Positions 9,230-19,273 of a stretch of DNA of 64,000 nt are shown here, one piece after another (position 1 is the stretch's first letter; each line of letters begins with the position of its first letter). The stretch is from positions 123,123 through 187,122 of the IMG/VR virus record IMGVR_UViG_3300025137_000014. One strand, written 5' to 3'. The translations under genes and the position numbers were made by a program. The notes under the pieces were generated by a model, which worked only from the letters and a program-made list of their open reading frames with translations, was not told where the DNA came from and did no database searches. Source of the DNA: a virus.

Positions 9230-9651
9230 GAATTAAATTAGATTTAAATAAGATTAATAGTAGGTTACACTGGACAACACTTTATAGTGAAAAATTATTA
9301 TTAGCAATAATTGGATTGCTAACAATGGTTGCGGCTTTTACAGACATTTATGAAATGCTAATCTATTTGAAAGTAGAACTAGGCGACTTGTTCTTGCTTT
9401 TCATTTATGCAGAGATTATAGGAATGGTGGGAGCATTTTATATTAGTAATAGAATACCTGTTACTCTACCTATCATTATTGCTATGACGGCACTTTGTAG
9501 ATTAATTGTTCTACATTCAAAAGAAGCAGACCCATGGATGCTTGTTGCAGAAGCAAGTGCTATTGCAGTATTGGCAGGGGCGGCTTATCTTATGAGTGCT
9601 AAAGAAAAACTGAGTTTAGAAAAAGATAAAATACGTGAGAAAAATAAATAA
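9226..9651 (+). CDS. psiE: Phosphate-starvation-inducible PsiE-like membrane protein
   Basis: [15 protein letters not shown]...[21 protein letters not shown]. Confidence 0.8.
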   Translation: MRIKLDLNKINSRLHWTTLYSEKLLLAIIGLLTMVAAFTDIYEMLIYLKVELGDLFLLFIYAEIIGMVGAFYISNRIPVTLPIIIAMTALCRLIVLHSKEADPWMLVAEASAIAVLAGAAYLMSAKEKLSLEKDKIREKNK

Positions 9652-9664
9652 GAAAGGTAATTAA

Positions 9665-10177
9665 ATGTATAAGGTAACGGCATACTTTAGAGACCATAAA
9701 GTTGTTGAAAAGTTTTATAACTTATATGATGCAATAGATTTTAGAGATAGTGCAGATGCTAATTATCCTGAAAACGTAAAATTTGAAAAGGTAATATCAA
9801 TGAGAGAATGGGTAGTAGAATGTTGGAATAGTGTAATGGATATGGAGCATAATCCACTAAAGAATATTCCAGACTTTAGCACACGACATATGATTATGCA
9901 AGTATTAGCATGGATGTGGTGTATTGCGTTTGCATTCATCGTAAGTAGTATGTGGGCAGGAGTAATTAGTATGTTTGTTCATACAGTATTACTAGGAGCC
10001 ATTGCAATCACAGTTGCTACATTTGAAACAGCAAAACGCAAGCCAACTGCATTTAACTTCATAAACGGATATAACTCACATGGTAGAGCAAGGACTTATA
10101 CTATCTGGAGAGATAAAAAAGGTAATGCACATAAAGTACAGTTAGATGCCAATGATCCAGGCGGAGAACACGAATAA
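9665..10177 (+). CDS. Hypothetical membrane protein
   Basis: 170 aa, two TM segments; possible internal start at MREWVV. Confidence 0.6.
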   Translation: MYKVTAYFRDHKVVEKFYNLYDAIDFRDSADANYPENVKFEKVISMREWVVECWNSVMDMEHNPLKNIPDFSTRHMIMQVLAWMWCIAFAFIVSSMWAGVISMFVHTVLLGAIAITVATFETAKRKPTAFNFINGYNSHGRARTYTIWRDKKGNAHKVQLDANDPGGEHE

Positions 10178-10182
10178 ATCAT

Positions 10183-10211
10183 TTGACAATCATCGTTGAA
10201 CAGAGTAGAAT
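10183..10211 (+). promoter_or_regulatory. Sigma70-type promoter (leaderless helicase)
   Basis: TTGACA-17-TAGAAT, ATG 6 nt downstream. Confidence 0.75.
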
Positions 10212-10217
10212 AGAAGT

Positions 10218-11621
10218 ATGGCAGAAGAAGTAAAAGATTACAATTTAGATTTACAGAAATTGTTTGTTCAGTTCATGTTAACTGATCCTGAACTTTATAC
10301 AAGAGTTAGGGCAATAGTAGAGCCTAAGTATTTTGATAGAAATCTAAGAAAAGTAGTTGAACTCTTAGTCAATCATACTGAGGAATACTCTACGATTCCA
10401 ACTACTGAAATTATTAAAGCACAAACTGGACAAGAGATAGAAAAATTAGATGATATCGGTCAACATGCAGATTGGTTTATTGATGAGTTTGAAACATTCT
10501 GTAGGCATAAGGCAATAGAAAGAGCAATCATTGATAGTGCAGACTTACTAGAGACAGGCAAATATGGTGAAGTAGAACTTAGAATTAAAGAGGCAGTACA
10601 AACTGGACTAGCCCGTTCATTAGGTACAGACTATTTTGCAGATCCTAGAGCAAGACTTGAAAAGCTAAAAGATAACAATGGTCAAATTACGACTGGTTGG
10701 AAATCATTAGACGATAAATTATATGGTGGCATCAATCGTGGTGAGATAACTATTTTTTGTGGTGGGTCTGGTGCAGGTAAATCTTTGTTTATGCAAAACA
10801 TGAGTTTGAATTGGGCAGAAGCAGGTTTAAATTGTGTATACTTTACACTTGAACTTTCAGAAGAACTATCAAGTATGCGTATGGATGCGATGCTAACAGA
10901 TAGAAGTACAAAAAGAATTTTTAAAGAATTAGATGATGTAGAATTACAAGTTAGAACTAAAGGCAAATCGTCTGGAATGTTACGTGTTAAGTATCTTCCT
11001 TCTGGTTCCACAGTTAATGATATACGTTCTTATATTAAAGAATTGCAAATACAAACTGGCAAACGAGTTGATTGTATGTGTGTAGATTACTTAGATTTAT
11101 TAATGCCAGCAACAAAGAAAGTATCAGCAAGTGATTTGTTCATTAAAGACAAATATGTAGCAGAAGAAATTCGTAATTTTGCAATGGAAACTGAGACAGT
11201 TTTAGTAACTGCATCACAATTAAATAGAAGTGCAGTAGAAGAAATTGAATTTGACCATTCTCATATCGCAGGTGGTATATCTAAAATTCAAACTGCGGAT
11301 AATGTTATTGGTATCTTTACAAGCCAAGCAATGAGAGAACGTGGACAATATCAGTTACAGCTATTAAAAACACGTTCATCAAGTGGTGTAGGTAGTAAAA
11401 TTAATCTAGTATTTGATAGAGATAGTCTTAAAATCTCAGATGATACAGAAGGGTTAACTGACGACCAAACAACGTCAAATACGATGAGTGTGGTTGATAC
11501 ATTACGACAAAAAACTACAGTAAACGCACCAGAAACTAACACAGAAGCAAAAACTGATGTTGCAATGAACTTGAGAGCAATGTTGAAGACCAAGACACGT
11601 TCTCCTTTTGATGAAAACTGA
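10218..11621 (+). CDS. Replicative DNA helicase (DnaB/T4 gp41-like)
   Basis: Walker A GGSGAGKS, FTLELSE, VDYLDL, TASQLNR. Confidence 0.93.
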   Translation: MAEEVKDYNLDLQKLFVQFMLTDPELYTRVRAIVEPKYFDRNLRKVVELLVNHTEEYSTIPTTEIIKAQTGQEIEKLDDIGQHADWFIDEFETFCRHKAIERAIIDSADLLETGKYGEVELRIKEAVQTGLARSLGTDYFADPRARLEKLKDNNGQITTGWKSLDDKLYGGINRGEITIFCGGSGAGKSLFMQNMSLNWAEAGLNCVYFTLELSEELSSMRMDAMLTDRSTKRIFKELDDVELQVRTKGKSSGMLRVKYLPSGSTVNDIRSYIKELQIQTGKRVDCMCVDYLDLLMPATKKVSASDLFIKDKYVAEEIRNFAMETETVLVTASQLNRSAVEEIEFDHSHIAGGISKIQTADNVIGIFTSQAMRERGQYQLQLLKTRSSSGVGSKINLVFDRDSLKISDDTEGLTDDQTTSNTMSVVDTLRQKTTVNAPETNTEAKTDVAMNLRAMLKTKTRSPFDEN

Positions 11622-11648
11622 TAAATACAGTTAGAACGGAGAAATATC

Positions 11649-11897
11649 ATGGATAAACCTCGTAAGAGCCTATTTGAAGAACTAAATTCTTTAGCTTTTG
11701 ATAAAGAAAAAGAACGTTTAGTGGAGCAAAAAGGTGAACATATCATATCAGGAGCGATAAATCTTATAGAATTTATCAATCGTGAGTTTGATGGCGAGAC
11801 TGCAAATGACTTAACTAAGAGATTAGTTAATAGCATTAGGTCTCAAGATCCGAGAAAGTTTAAACGTGGTATAAAAAGTGTCAAGGCTAAAACATAA
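11649..11897 (+). CDS. Hypothetical phage protein
   Basis: 82 aa with GGAG RBS, after late promoter 11620. Confidence 0.7.
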   Translation: MDKPRKSLFEELNSLAFDKEKERLVEQKGEHIISGAINLIEFINREFDGETANDLTKRLVNSIRSQDPRKFKRGIKSVKAKT

Positions 11898-12118
11898 TGA
11901 CTTTAGAGCAACAGTTAAACAGATTAAAAGTATTATCAGGTATATATAAACCATATCTACCAGAAGAAACTCAACAAGAGAACATATCTTATACTGGTAC
12001 TGAAAAATCTAAACTTCAAAAGAAGCATAATATACAGCCAGGCACAGATGAATGGTTTAAATTATGGTTTGCAAAGCCTCACTTAACTGGCGAAAGACCT
12101 TTTGGGGATAAACAATGA
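11897..12118 (+). CDS. Hypothetical phage protein
   Basis: 73 aa, TAATG coupling. Confidence 0.7.
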   Translation: MTLEQQLNRLKVLSGIYKPYLPEETQQENISYTGTEKSKLQKKHNIQPGTDEWFKLWFAKPHLTGERPFGDKQ

Positions 12119-13461
12119 AGATAAAAGATATATTACAAAAAGGTAGAGAACGTAGGTTTAGAGGACCACGTAAACCTCGTCTTAAGCAAGTAGGATTTCA
12201 TAAGAAATTAAAAGGTTTGTTAGATGGAAAATTACGAGAAGATAAGAATACACACTTAGACCATGCAGAAGAACTAGTATTCATGCATGGCACAGAAGGG
12301 CTGAAACGTGTTGTAAACACTTTCAGTAAACTACTAAACACACTTGATGGACAAGGTGGCGGCGATGCTATCACTACGAAATGGGATGGTTCTCCAGCAG
12401 TATTTTGCGGAACAGACCCATCTGATGGACAATTCTTTGTAGGCACAAAAGGCGTATTCGCAAAAACACCAAAATTAAATAAATCACAAGCTGACATTGA
12501 AAACAATCACCAAGATACTACTAAGAATGGTGAAGAAGTAAGTAAAGCAGGCTTAAGAAATAAGTTATCAGCATCATTAGAGTATCTAAAAGATTTAGGT
12601 ATTGAGGGTGTTATACAAGGTGATTTATTATTCACTAAAGGTGACTTGAAAACTGTTAATATAGATGGCAAATCTCATATTGCATTTAAACCAAATACAA
12701 TCTCATATGTTGTACCAGCAGATAGCAAAACAGCAAAAGAAATGCAGTCGGCTGAAATAGGTATTGTGTTTCATACAAGTTACACAGGCGATAGTTTAGC
12801 AGATATGAAAGCATCATTTGGTTATGATTCAAGTAAACTTAAGTCTTCATCTAAAGTTTGGTTTACTGATGCACGTATTAAAGATGTATCAGGACAGGTA
12901 CAACTAAAGCAAGAAAATGTTGCAAAGATTAAACAAGCAATTAAAGAATTAGCTTCAATGAAAATTGATGCAGATACTTTCAAAGCAATTAATCAAAAGA
13001 TAGGCGCTATTGACTTAGTACAAGCTATTAAGGCACATGCAAACTTGCCGATACGTACTGGTCAAGCATTAGAACCAGATGTAACTAAATTTGTTAAAGA
13101 GTTTTTACAGGGTTTAAATAATAAATTAGATAAAGAAATCAGCGGTTTAGCTACAGGACCTGAAGGTAAAGCAGGACAGGCTAGATTACAAACAAAGGAT
13201 GCATTATCTAATGTCATAAATACATATGAGACACAAATTGCAGAAATGTATCGTGCATATCTTAAAGTTGAAGCAGTAAAAATGATGTTTCAGCAAAAGA
13301 TGAAGAACATTAAAGCAATAGACAGTTTCATTGAACAACCAGACGGTTCATTTAAAGTTACAGATCCAGAAGGATTTGTTATTGTTGACCATGTGGGTAG
13401 AGCAATGAAGATTGTAGATAGATTAGAGTTTAGTGCGGCAAACTTCGCACCAAGGGATTAG
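12115..13461 (+). CDS. Phage protein with ATP-dependent ligase/nucleotidyltransferase-like motifs (DUF6267-like by recollection)
   Basis: TKWDG (KxDG), QGDLLF, PEGFV, MKIV. Confidence 0.6.
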   Translation: MKIKDILQKGRERRFRGPRKPRLKQVGFHKKLKGLLDGKLREDKNTHLDHAEELVFMHGTEGLKRVVNTFSKLLNTLDGQGGGDAITTKWDGSPAVFCGTDPSDGQFFVGTKGVFAKTPKLNKSQADIENNHQDTTKNGEEVSKAGLRNKLSASLEYLKDLGIEGVIQGDLLFTKGDLKTVNIDGKSHIAFKPNTISYVVPADSKTAKEMQSAEIGIVFHTSYTGDSLADMKASFGYDSSKLKSSSKVWFTDARIKDVSGQVQLKQENVAKIKQAIKELASMKIDADTFKAINQKIGAIDLVQAIKAHANLPIRTGQALEPDVTKFVKEFLQGLNNKLDKEISGLATGPEGKAGQARLQTKDALSNVINTYETQIAEMYRAYLKVEAVKMMFQQKMKNIKAIDSFIEQPDGSFKVTDPEGFVIVDHVGRAMKIVDRLEFSAANFAPRD

Positions 13462-13465
13462 TTAG

Positions 13466-13663
13466 ATGTTAAGTAAGAAATGCAAGTTGCACCTAGAAGA
13501 AGTAGGAGAGACACGTTGGCAACATTTTGCACATGCAATGTGGGTCTCTTGGCAATTAGAAAAAGCCGCTTACGCATGTTTTGTACATGCAGTGGCACCA
13601 CGTTGGTTCACTACATACGCTAGTGATAAATGCAATGAAGTATTGCAATCGAGGAAAAAATAA
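13466..13663 (+). CDS. Small protein (DUF6356-like by recollection)
   Basis: HL..VGETRWQHF...HAVAP; similar pattern to 60289..60525. Confidence 0.55.
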   Translation: MLSKKCKLHLEEVGETRWQHFAHAMWVSWQLEKAAYACFVHAVAPRWFTTYASDKCNEVLQSRKK

Positions 13664-14436
13664 TGGAACAGTATAAAGGCAAGTTACAGTTAGTTAATAC
13701 GTTTACAGAGAGTAGGCTGTTTAGAACAAAACAAAATCAAAATAAAACAAATGTAGATGATGCGGCAGAATTAGCATTTTCATACATGATGATTTTGAAT
13801 ATGTTTAATAAAGACTATGAATTTGCTCCGTTGGCAGGCGAGTACGCAGGTAGAACAATGGCGTTTCGTAACTTTGATTATTTTAGAACAAGTGCAACAG
13901 ATTTATATGTAATGATTAATAGATTAATCGGCAAAGAAGTCAATGACGATGATCCAAGAGATAAGATTGCATTAAATCGTATTAGTCTAAAAAGACAAGA
14001 AGCGATACGATATTTAGACCATATAAAATCAAATAAGTCTGAATCAGGATTTGAACAAAGAATGTTACTAAGATTTCAAAGAGATTTAAACATACAAGAT
14101 GGAATGCTTAAATCTATGAGAAGATTAATAGGTGATTGGGATAATTTAAGTCAAAATCAAAAAGCCCTAGTTACTACTAGAATGATGCAATATCTACGTA
14201 GAAAAGCAATGCGTAGTGAGTTGATGCCAGCGTTACAGAAGTTCCAAAAGCGTGGAAACTATGTAGTTAATGATAAAAAAGATACTAAAAAGAACATTTG
14301 GGACAGCCCAATTACTAAAGCAGGCGCGGCTATCGGTGCAATTTATGGTGCAGGTAAGCTAGGAAAGGCTTTAGGCAAGACTTCTTATCAAGATGGTCGT
14401 AATATTGGTGGAAAATTTCAATCCCGAGGCAAGTAA
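13663..14436 (+). CDS. Hypothetical (probable virion) protein
   Basis: 257 aa, C-terminal Gly/Ala-rich basic tail. Confidence 0.6.
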   Translation: MEQYKGKLQLVNTFTESRLFRTKQNQNKTNVDDAAELAFSYMMILNMFNKDYEFAPLAGEYAGRTMAFRNFDYFRTSATDLYVMINRLIGKEVNDDDPRDKIALNRISLKRQEAIRYLDHIKSNKSESGFEQRMLLRFQRDLNIQDGMLKSMRRLIGDWDNLSQNQKALVTTRMMQYLRRKAMRSELMPALQKFQKRGNYVVNDKKDTKKNIWDSPITKAGAAIGAIYGAGKLGKALGKTSYQDGRNIGGKFQSRGK

Positions 14437-14527
14437 ACGCCCCATTTTTTGCAAAAAATGATAAATAAAAGCATAGAGCAATACAATTTTATAATGCTCA
14501 GGATAATATCTATTTAGGAGAACTAAA

Positions 14528-14791
14528 ATGGCAAAAGTACATGAAACATATTCAGCAGGTCAATTCCTTACTGGTAACTTAAATCACTTCACAGTGACAA
14601 AGACTGGTATGGCGGCAGGCGACATGAAAGCAGTAATCGAAGGTGCAGGAACACGTGCTACAGTAGTACTAGTTGGTGCAATCGATGGTAACGATGTAAG
14701 AATCGCAGTAGAAAACAATGGCGCATGGGATGCCGCTGGTTTAGACGCGGCTCTAGGCTCAGACTTTACAGTAGCCGACTTCGCATACTAA
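14528..14791 (+). CDS. Small virion-like protein
   Basis: 87 aa, AGGAG RBS, late promoter, followed by a terminator. Confidence 0.65.
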   Translation: MAKVHETYSAGQFLTGNLNHFTVTKTGMAAGDMKAVIEGAGTRATVVLVGAIDGNDVRIAVENNGAWDAAGLDAALGSDFTVADFAY

Positions 14792-14840
14792 TTTTTACCC
14801 CCCTGGACTTAACAGTCCAACCCACACTTTGCGTGTATTT

Positions 14841-14869
14841 AAAAAGACCCTCTATGAGGGTCTTTTTTT
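14841..14869 (+). terminator. Rho-independent terminator
   Basis: AAAAAGACCCTC-TAT-GAGGGTCTTTTTTT. Confidence 0.85.
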
Positions 14870-14939
14870 ACCTCTAAATTACCTACAGTTTTGATAAATA
14901 CATATAACAGAAATATAAATTTTATATTTGGAGAAAAAT

Positions 14940-15332
14940 ATGGCAAGAATACACGGAGCCGCTAGTGCTGGTGAAAACTTATCAGGTAATATAAACTTTT
15001 ACACTTTATATGTAAAAGGTTTAGACATTACGTCAACTGAAAGCGTAGCAGACCAGACACAACAAAACTTTGATGATGTTATTAACTTAATTTCATTGGT
15101 TGCTCAACCAATCATCATGAATAATCCAATCGCAGTTACACTTGATGGGCTAGCACCGTCGTTAACAGGTTCAGGATTTTTATTTAAATTTGCAGTAGAG
15201 CATGGTAGAGTATTTGAAAGAAACGGAGATACAACTTCCGTTCTTAAAGAATTATTTGAAGGCGTAACTATTGATGGTGTCACATTAGCAGACACTAGTA
15301 ATATTGAATACGTCATGTCAGACATACTATAA
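14940..15332 (+). CDS. Virion-like protein, paralog of 14528..14791
   Basis: MARIHGAASAGENLSGNINFYT versus MAKVHETYSAGQFLTGNLNHFT. Confidence 0.6.
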   Translation: MARIHGAASAGENLSGNINFYTLYVKGLDITSTESVADQTQQNFDDVINLISLVAQPIIMNNPIAVTLDGLAPSLTGSGFLFKFAVEHGRVFERNGDTTSVLKELFEGVTIDGVTLADTSNIEYVMSDIL

Positions 15333-15347
15333 TACTAGGAGTTTGTT

Positions 15348-16019
15348 TTGGATTGGATTGACTTAATAGAATCCAGAGTACAAACCACTACTTGGGATTT
15401 AGAAAAAGAAATTACAAAAGAGACAGTTGAAACTATTATGGATGAAGTCCATAAACGTTCAGCATCCAAACAAAATTTAGTAAGATACGAAATTCAAATA
15501 TTCGATTGGTCAGATACAGATTTTAGAAATCATTTTAATGAACTTTGTATCAGAGAACCATATAAAACACCAGTAGAATATAATACTCAGGTCTTAGCAC
15601 CTTGGTTAATCATATTAAAACGTAGAGAAGGAATACATTGGAATAGAGCAGGTGACCTTACTTCTGACTATCCTGATATAGATTATTCAACACAACTTTA
15701 TAATAGGTTCGTACCAAGTGCTATGGAAACTGGCATAGCATCAGCTAACATAATACTATCAGCTAAAGCAAAGGGATTGGATACTGGGTATTGTCAGTGT
15801 TTTAATTGGAATTACGAACATTCAAATGTTATAAAAGAGAAGTTGGGTATAACTGACCCAAATGACGTATATGTATCTATAGGCTTAGGGCACGGTTCTT
15901 CACTAAAAAGAACACTCAATCTACATACAAATCAATGGCATAATACTTTTGCACATGTTGGAAGCATGTGGGAAAAAGAACCTAAGCCAAATAAAGAAGA
16001 TTATATTAAATTCGCATAA
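15348..16019 (+). CDS. Nitroreductase family protein
   Basis: SASKQN motif; ETGIASANIILSAKAKGLDTGYC. Confidence 0.75.
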   Translation: MDWIDLIESRVQTTTWDLEKEITKETVETIMDEVHKRSASKQNLVRYEIQIFDWSDTDFRNHFNELCIREPYKTPVEYNTQVLAPWLIILKRREGIHWNRAGDLTSDYPDIDYSTQLYNRFVPSAMETGIASANIILSAKAKGLDTGYCQCFNWNYEHSNVIKEKLGITDPNDVYVSIGLGHGSSLKRTLNLHTNQWHNTFAHVGSMWEKEPKPNKEDYIKFA

Positions 16020-16089
16020 AAACTTTCTGAATTAAAATGATAAATACAATCAATGGGATTATAGTTTCCCTAGTTTTGGAGTTAATATT

Positions 16090-16347
16090 ATGGCAGGAAT
16101 TGATAGTAAATTAGCACAGTTAGAGACAGAGAGTTTAGAAACTCATGTTGCTGTTGCACATGAACGATTTAAAAATCTGGATACAAGTATTGTCAGACTA
16201 GAAGGCATAGTTGAAAAAAATGCCGCTGAAACTAAAGAAGGTCTTTCCGAACTTAAGAAAATTATTATCTGGGCAAGTTCTACATTATTTGCTACAATGT
16301 TACTAGCATTACTTACTTCTGTTTTTGGTAAAGGAATGGGATTATAA
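16090..16347 (+). CDS. Coiled-coil protein with C-terminal TM helix
   Basis: Heptad pattern followed by IIIWASSTLFATMLLALLTSVF. Confidence 0.6.
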   Translation: MAGIDSKLAQLETESLETHVAVAHERFKNLDTSIVRLEGIVEKNAAETKEGLSELKKIIIWASSTLFATMLLALLTSVFGKGMGL

Positions 16348-16625
16348 TGCAAGTATTTGAAGTTCTACAGCCAATAGAAGAAGCTAAACTAGTTTATGCT
16401 AGAAAAGGTAGACAGATTGTACGTAAGTATAGATGTTCATCTGGCAGATTAAAAGGTAAAACTGTATCAAGTCCGACATCTTGTTTTAAGCCGGTTGATA
16501 TTAAAAAGAGATTTACTCTTGCAAGAACTAAGGCCAAATTAGGATCAAGACTAAAAAGAAAATCAGCAATGACAAGAAGAATGAACCCAGCAAGTAGACG
16601 TTTAAAAACGTTGAATAAAAGGTAA
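16347..16625 (+). CDS. Basic hypothetical protein
   Basis: 92 aa, Lys/Arg-rich after the EE site. Confidence 0.65.
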   Translation: MQVFEVLQPIEEAKLVYARKGRQIVRKYRCSSGRLKGKTVSSPTSCFKPVDIKKRFTLARTKAKLGSRLKRKSAMTRRMNPASRRLKTLNKR

Positions 16626-16637
16626 GAGGAGGCTATT

Positions 16638-17528
16638 ATGGATTTAAAAAATAAGATTGAAAGGTCTATGAAAACAGAAAGTATAAATGATAAGATTGCC
16701 GACATTGCAGATTTAGTTGGTGAGAAAGAAGAAATTGTACGTGATAGATTAAAGACTTTAGATTTCAGACAGTACATTGAACTTGTTAAAGCAGTTAGAG
16801 AAACAGAAATGGAAACTGCTAGAAGTATATTAGGTCTTGGTATTGAAGAAGCAGAAGAATACTCAGACCAACAAATTAAGATGGCATTTGGAATTTTAAA
16901 TGATCCAAGATACAAACAAGGCAATTACTCAGGTGCACATGCGGCTATTGAAAAAGTTGCAAAAGGATTAGCAAGTCACCCAAGTGTAGCAAATGCACTT
17001 AGACGAGCAAACGAATCAGAAGAACAAATTGCAGAAGCAGAATATGAGTATGATGGCAAAGTTGCACATATATCTCAAGATGAATTTAAAAAAGTACATA
17101 GTGATTTTAAAAATGATACACCAGGCGAAGAACGTATGGTTATTTTAGATCCAGAAACAGGCGGAACAATTTCAGTACTAGTACAATTTACTGATGTAAA
17201 TGAATACAATCAAGGCGGAACAATGTCTCCGGGCGAAATGCGAGGAGCTCAAGCTCAATCACAAGCTCAATCAGGGCAAGATGCGTCCCCACAAAATAAA
17301 ACTAAAAAAGCACAAGCAATGCAACGATTAGGTAAAAAGAATCTAGGTGGTGCAACTGCACAACAGGCGGCAGATGCATTAGATAAAGCAGGACAAGGCA
17401 AAACGCTTACACCAATTCAACGTAAAGCAATGGCCCAACAAGCGGCCTCAGTTGACCAGTTAGCGGCAGACCCAAAAACTGCAACACAGTTTAGAAATTT
17501 ATTAAATAAACTGAACCAAGGGAAATAG
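16638..17528 (+). CDS. Hypothetical head-region protein
   Basis: 296 aa, acidic N-half and Gln/Ala-rich C-half; GAGGAGG RBS. Confidence 0.6.
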   Translation: MDLKNKIERSMKTESINDKIADIADLVGEKEEIVRDRLKTLDFRQYIELVKAVRETEMETARSILGLGIEEAEEYSDQQIKMAFGILNDPRYKQGNYSGAHAAIEKVAKGLASHPSVANALRRANESEEQIAEAEYEYDGKVAHISQDEFKKVHSDFKNDTPGEERMVILDPETGGTISVLVQFTDVNEYNQGGTMSPGEMRGAQAQSQAQSGQDASPQNKTKKAQAMQRLGKKNLGGATAQQAADALDKAGQGKTLTPIQRKAMAQQAASVDQLAADPKTATQFRNLLNKLNQGK

Positions 17529-17532
17529 TTTT

Positions 17533-17727
17533 ATGAGATTACAAGAAGTTTTAGGCGGAATTTACGTAATGATAACTGAGGAAGAAAGCGATTTAGTGCT
17601 TAAATATTTCTCAGAAAATTCATACGTACATGAAACGCAATTATCTGACAGAGAACAGGTAGTTGCAGAAAGACTATCACACAAAGGCGTGATTGTACCT
17701 TCATTAAGAGGGTACAGGGCTGTATAA
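17533..17727 (+). CDS. Hypothetical protein
   Basis: 64 aa in operon. Confidence 0.65.
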   Translation: MRLQEVLGGIYVMITEEESDLVLKYFSENSYVHETQLSDREQVVAERLSHKGVIVPSLRGYRAV

Positions 17728-17738
17728 CGGAGGACAAA

Positions 17739-18380
17739 ATGACTGGACCAAGTAGAGCAGATGTAGGTGCAATGGCAAATCTTCTTAAAGCTATGAATGG
17801 CGATAAGAGTGGATTAAAAGCACAGGCAGAAGCAAGACAATCTCAGGGTGGGAACGAGACTGTAGATGTAAGTCCCGGTGTAAAAACTGCGGATATTAAA
17901 GCGATGGAAAACATTATGAGAAATTTCCAGAGTGCTACATCAAACGTTGCGGCAAAAGTTGCAACTACAATTAATGAATCAAAAAAAACCGAAAAAGGAG
18001 TACAGGTAGGTATATATTCTGTAGAAAAAACTCCCGACACATCATTTAATATTTTAGATAGCAGAACAAATGATACTCTATTTGAAGATTTGAGAGCATA
18101 TGAAACAGCATATGTGATTGTACATCATTTAAATGAAGGTAAAAAGATTAATTCACAAGAGGTAACAAACGTTATTTCAACTAATGCAGTATTCGAAAAA
18201 TTCTATTTCGATGCTTTACAGCATAAGAATACTTATAAACAAGCAAAGAAGCGTGGTGATTTCGGCAAAATGGATATTGCAGAAGCTAGATTTAGTAGAG
18301 CAAAAGCAGAAGCCTGGAACGCAAAAAAGCAAGTAAATGAGATATTTGAGGCTGTGTCTAATCAAAAACCACTAATTTAA
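17739..18380 (+). CDS. Hypothetical protein
   Basis: 213 aa, GGAGG RBS. Confidence 0.65.
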   Translation: MTGPSRADVGAMANLLKAMNGDKSGLKAQAEARQSQGGNETVDVSPGVKTADIKAMENIMRNFQSATSNVAAKVATTINESKKTEKGVQVGIYSVEKTPDTSFNILDSRTNDTLFEDLRAYETAYVIVHHLNEGKKINSQEVTNVISTNAVFEKFYFDALQHKNTYKQAKKRGDFGKMDIAEARFSRAKAEAWNAKKQVNEIFEAVSNQKPLI

Positions 18381-18434
18381 TTTAAAAAGATAAATACATA
18401 ATATAAACACATATTATGTAATGGGGCAATTACC

Positions 18435-19271
18435 ATGAGAAGTACAAACTTTTTTAAGACAGATACAATAATGATATCGTCAAAACTAAATGAGTATCTT
18501 AAGTCAAACTTTAACTATTCAGTTGAAGGAGATTTAAAATCATTAAGCGAGGCTAAAGATAAGCTGGAAGCGGCTAAAAAAGCAATGCGTTCAGACTATC
18601 AAAACCGTGAGTATGTAGAAACTATGATGATGCTAGAAACAGTAAAATCATTGTTAAAAGCACACAAAGAGCAATCACTAGACGAAGGTGGAAAACACAA
18701 GTATGTCAGTGATGCACAACGTAAAGCAGTTCACGCCAAGAAGGCCGAAGAAAACACTAAAACAAAGGAACCAAAAATGGAAAATACAGATAAAAAATCT
18801 GCCGAGGTTTCTAATGAAAATTTAGAAGACAGTCTTTTAGCACAGTTGAATAAACTACTAGAAGGTGATGCGGCTGAGGCTGAAATTACAATGGCGGCAC
18901 GTGGTATCGTAGATGAACTACAAGACGTTATCGAAAAATTAGGCAAAATTCAAAACGACCAGATAGGACCACTATCTGATGAAATGGCTTACACACATGG
19001 ACCAGAACAATCAGAGACATTTAAATCTTCTGTTGATTCAGCAATCTCTAGTTTACTAGATACGGCTCGTTCAACTAAAGATGCAGTAAATAATGCGGCT
19101 CTAGTTCTTTCAGGTGAAGCACCGGCAGGAGATATGGCACCAGCAGACAATGAACTTGGTGGCGATATGCAAGATGATATGGAAGATGATATCACGGCAG
19201 ACCTAGCAGGTGGTGATGAGTCAGCATCAGGTGAAATTGATGAACCATTAGGCCGTGCAAAAAGAGACTAA
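18435..19271 (+). CDS. Acidic coiled-coil protein, prohead scaffold/core-like
   Basis: 278 aa, repeated LxE sites, very acidic C-terminus, late promoter 18389. Confidence 0.5.
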   Translation: MRSTNFFKTDTIMISSKLNEYLKSNFNYSVEGDLKSLSEAKDKLEAAKKAMRSDYQNREYVETMMMLETVKSLLKAHKEQSLDEGGKHKYVSDAQRKAVHAKKAEENTKTKEPKMENTDKKSAEVSNENLEDSLLAQLNKLLEGDAAEAEITMAARGIVDELQDVIEKLGKIQNDQIGPLSDEMAYTHGPEQSETFKSSVDSAISSLLDTARSTKDAVNNAALVLSGEAPAGDMAPADNELGGDMQDDMEDDITADLAGGDESASGEIDEPLGRAKRD

Positions 19272-19273
19272 TA

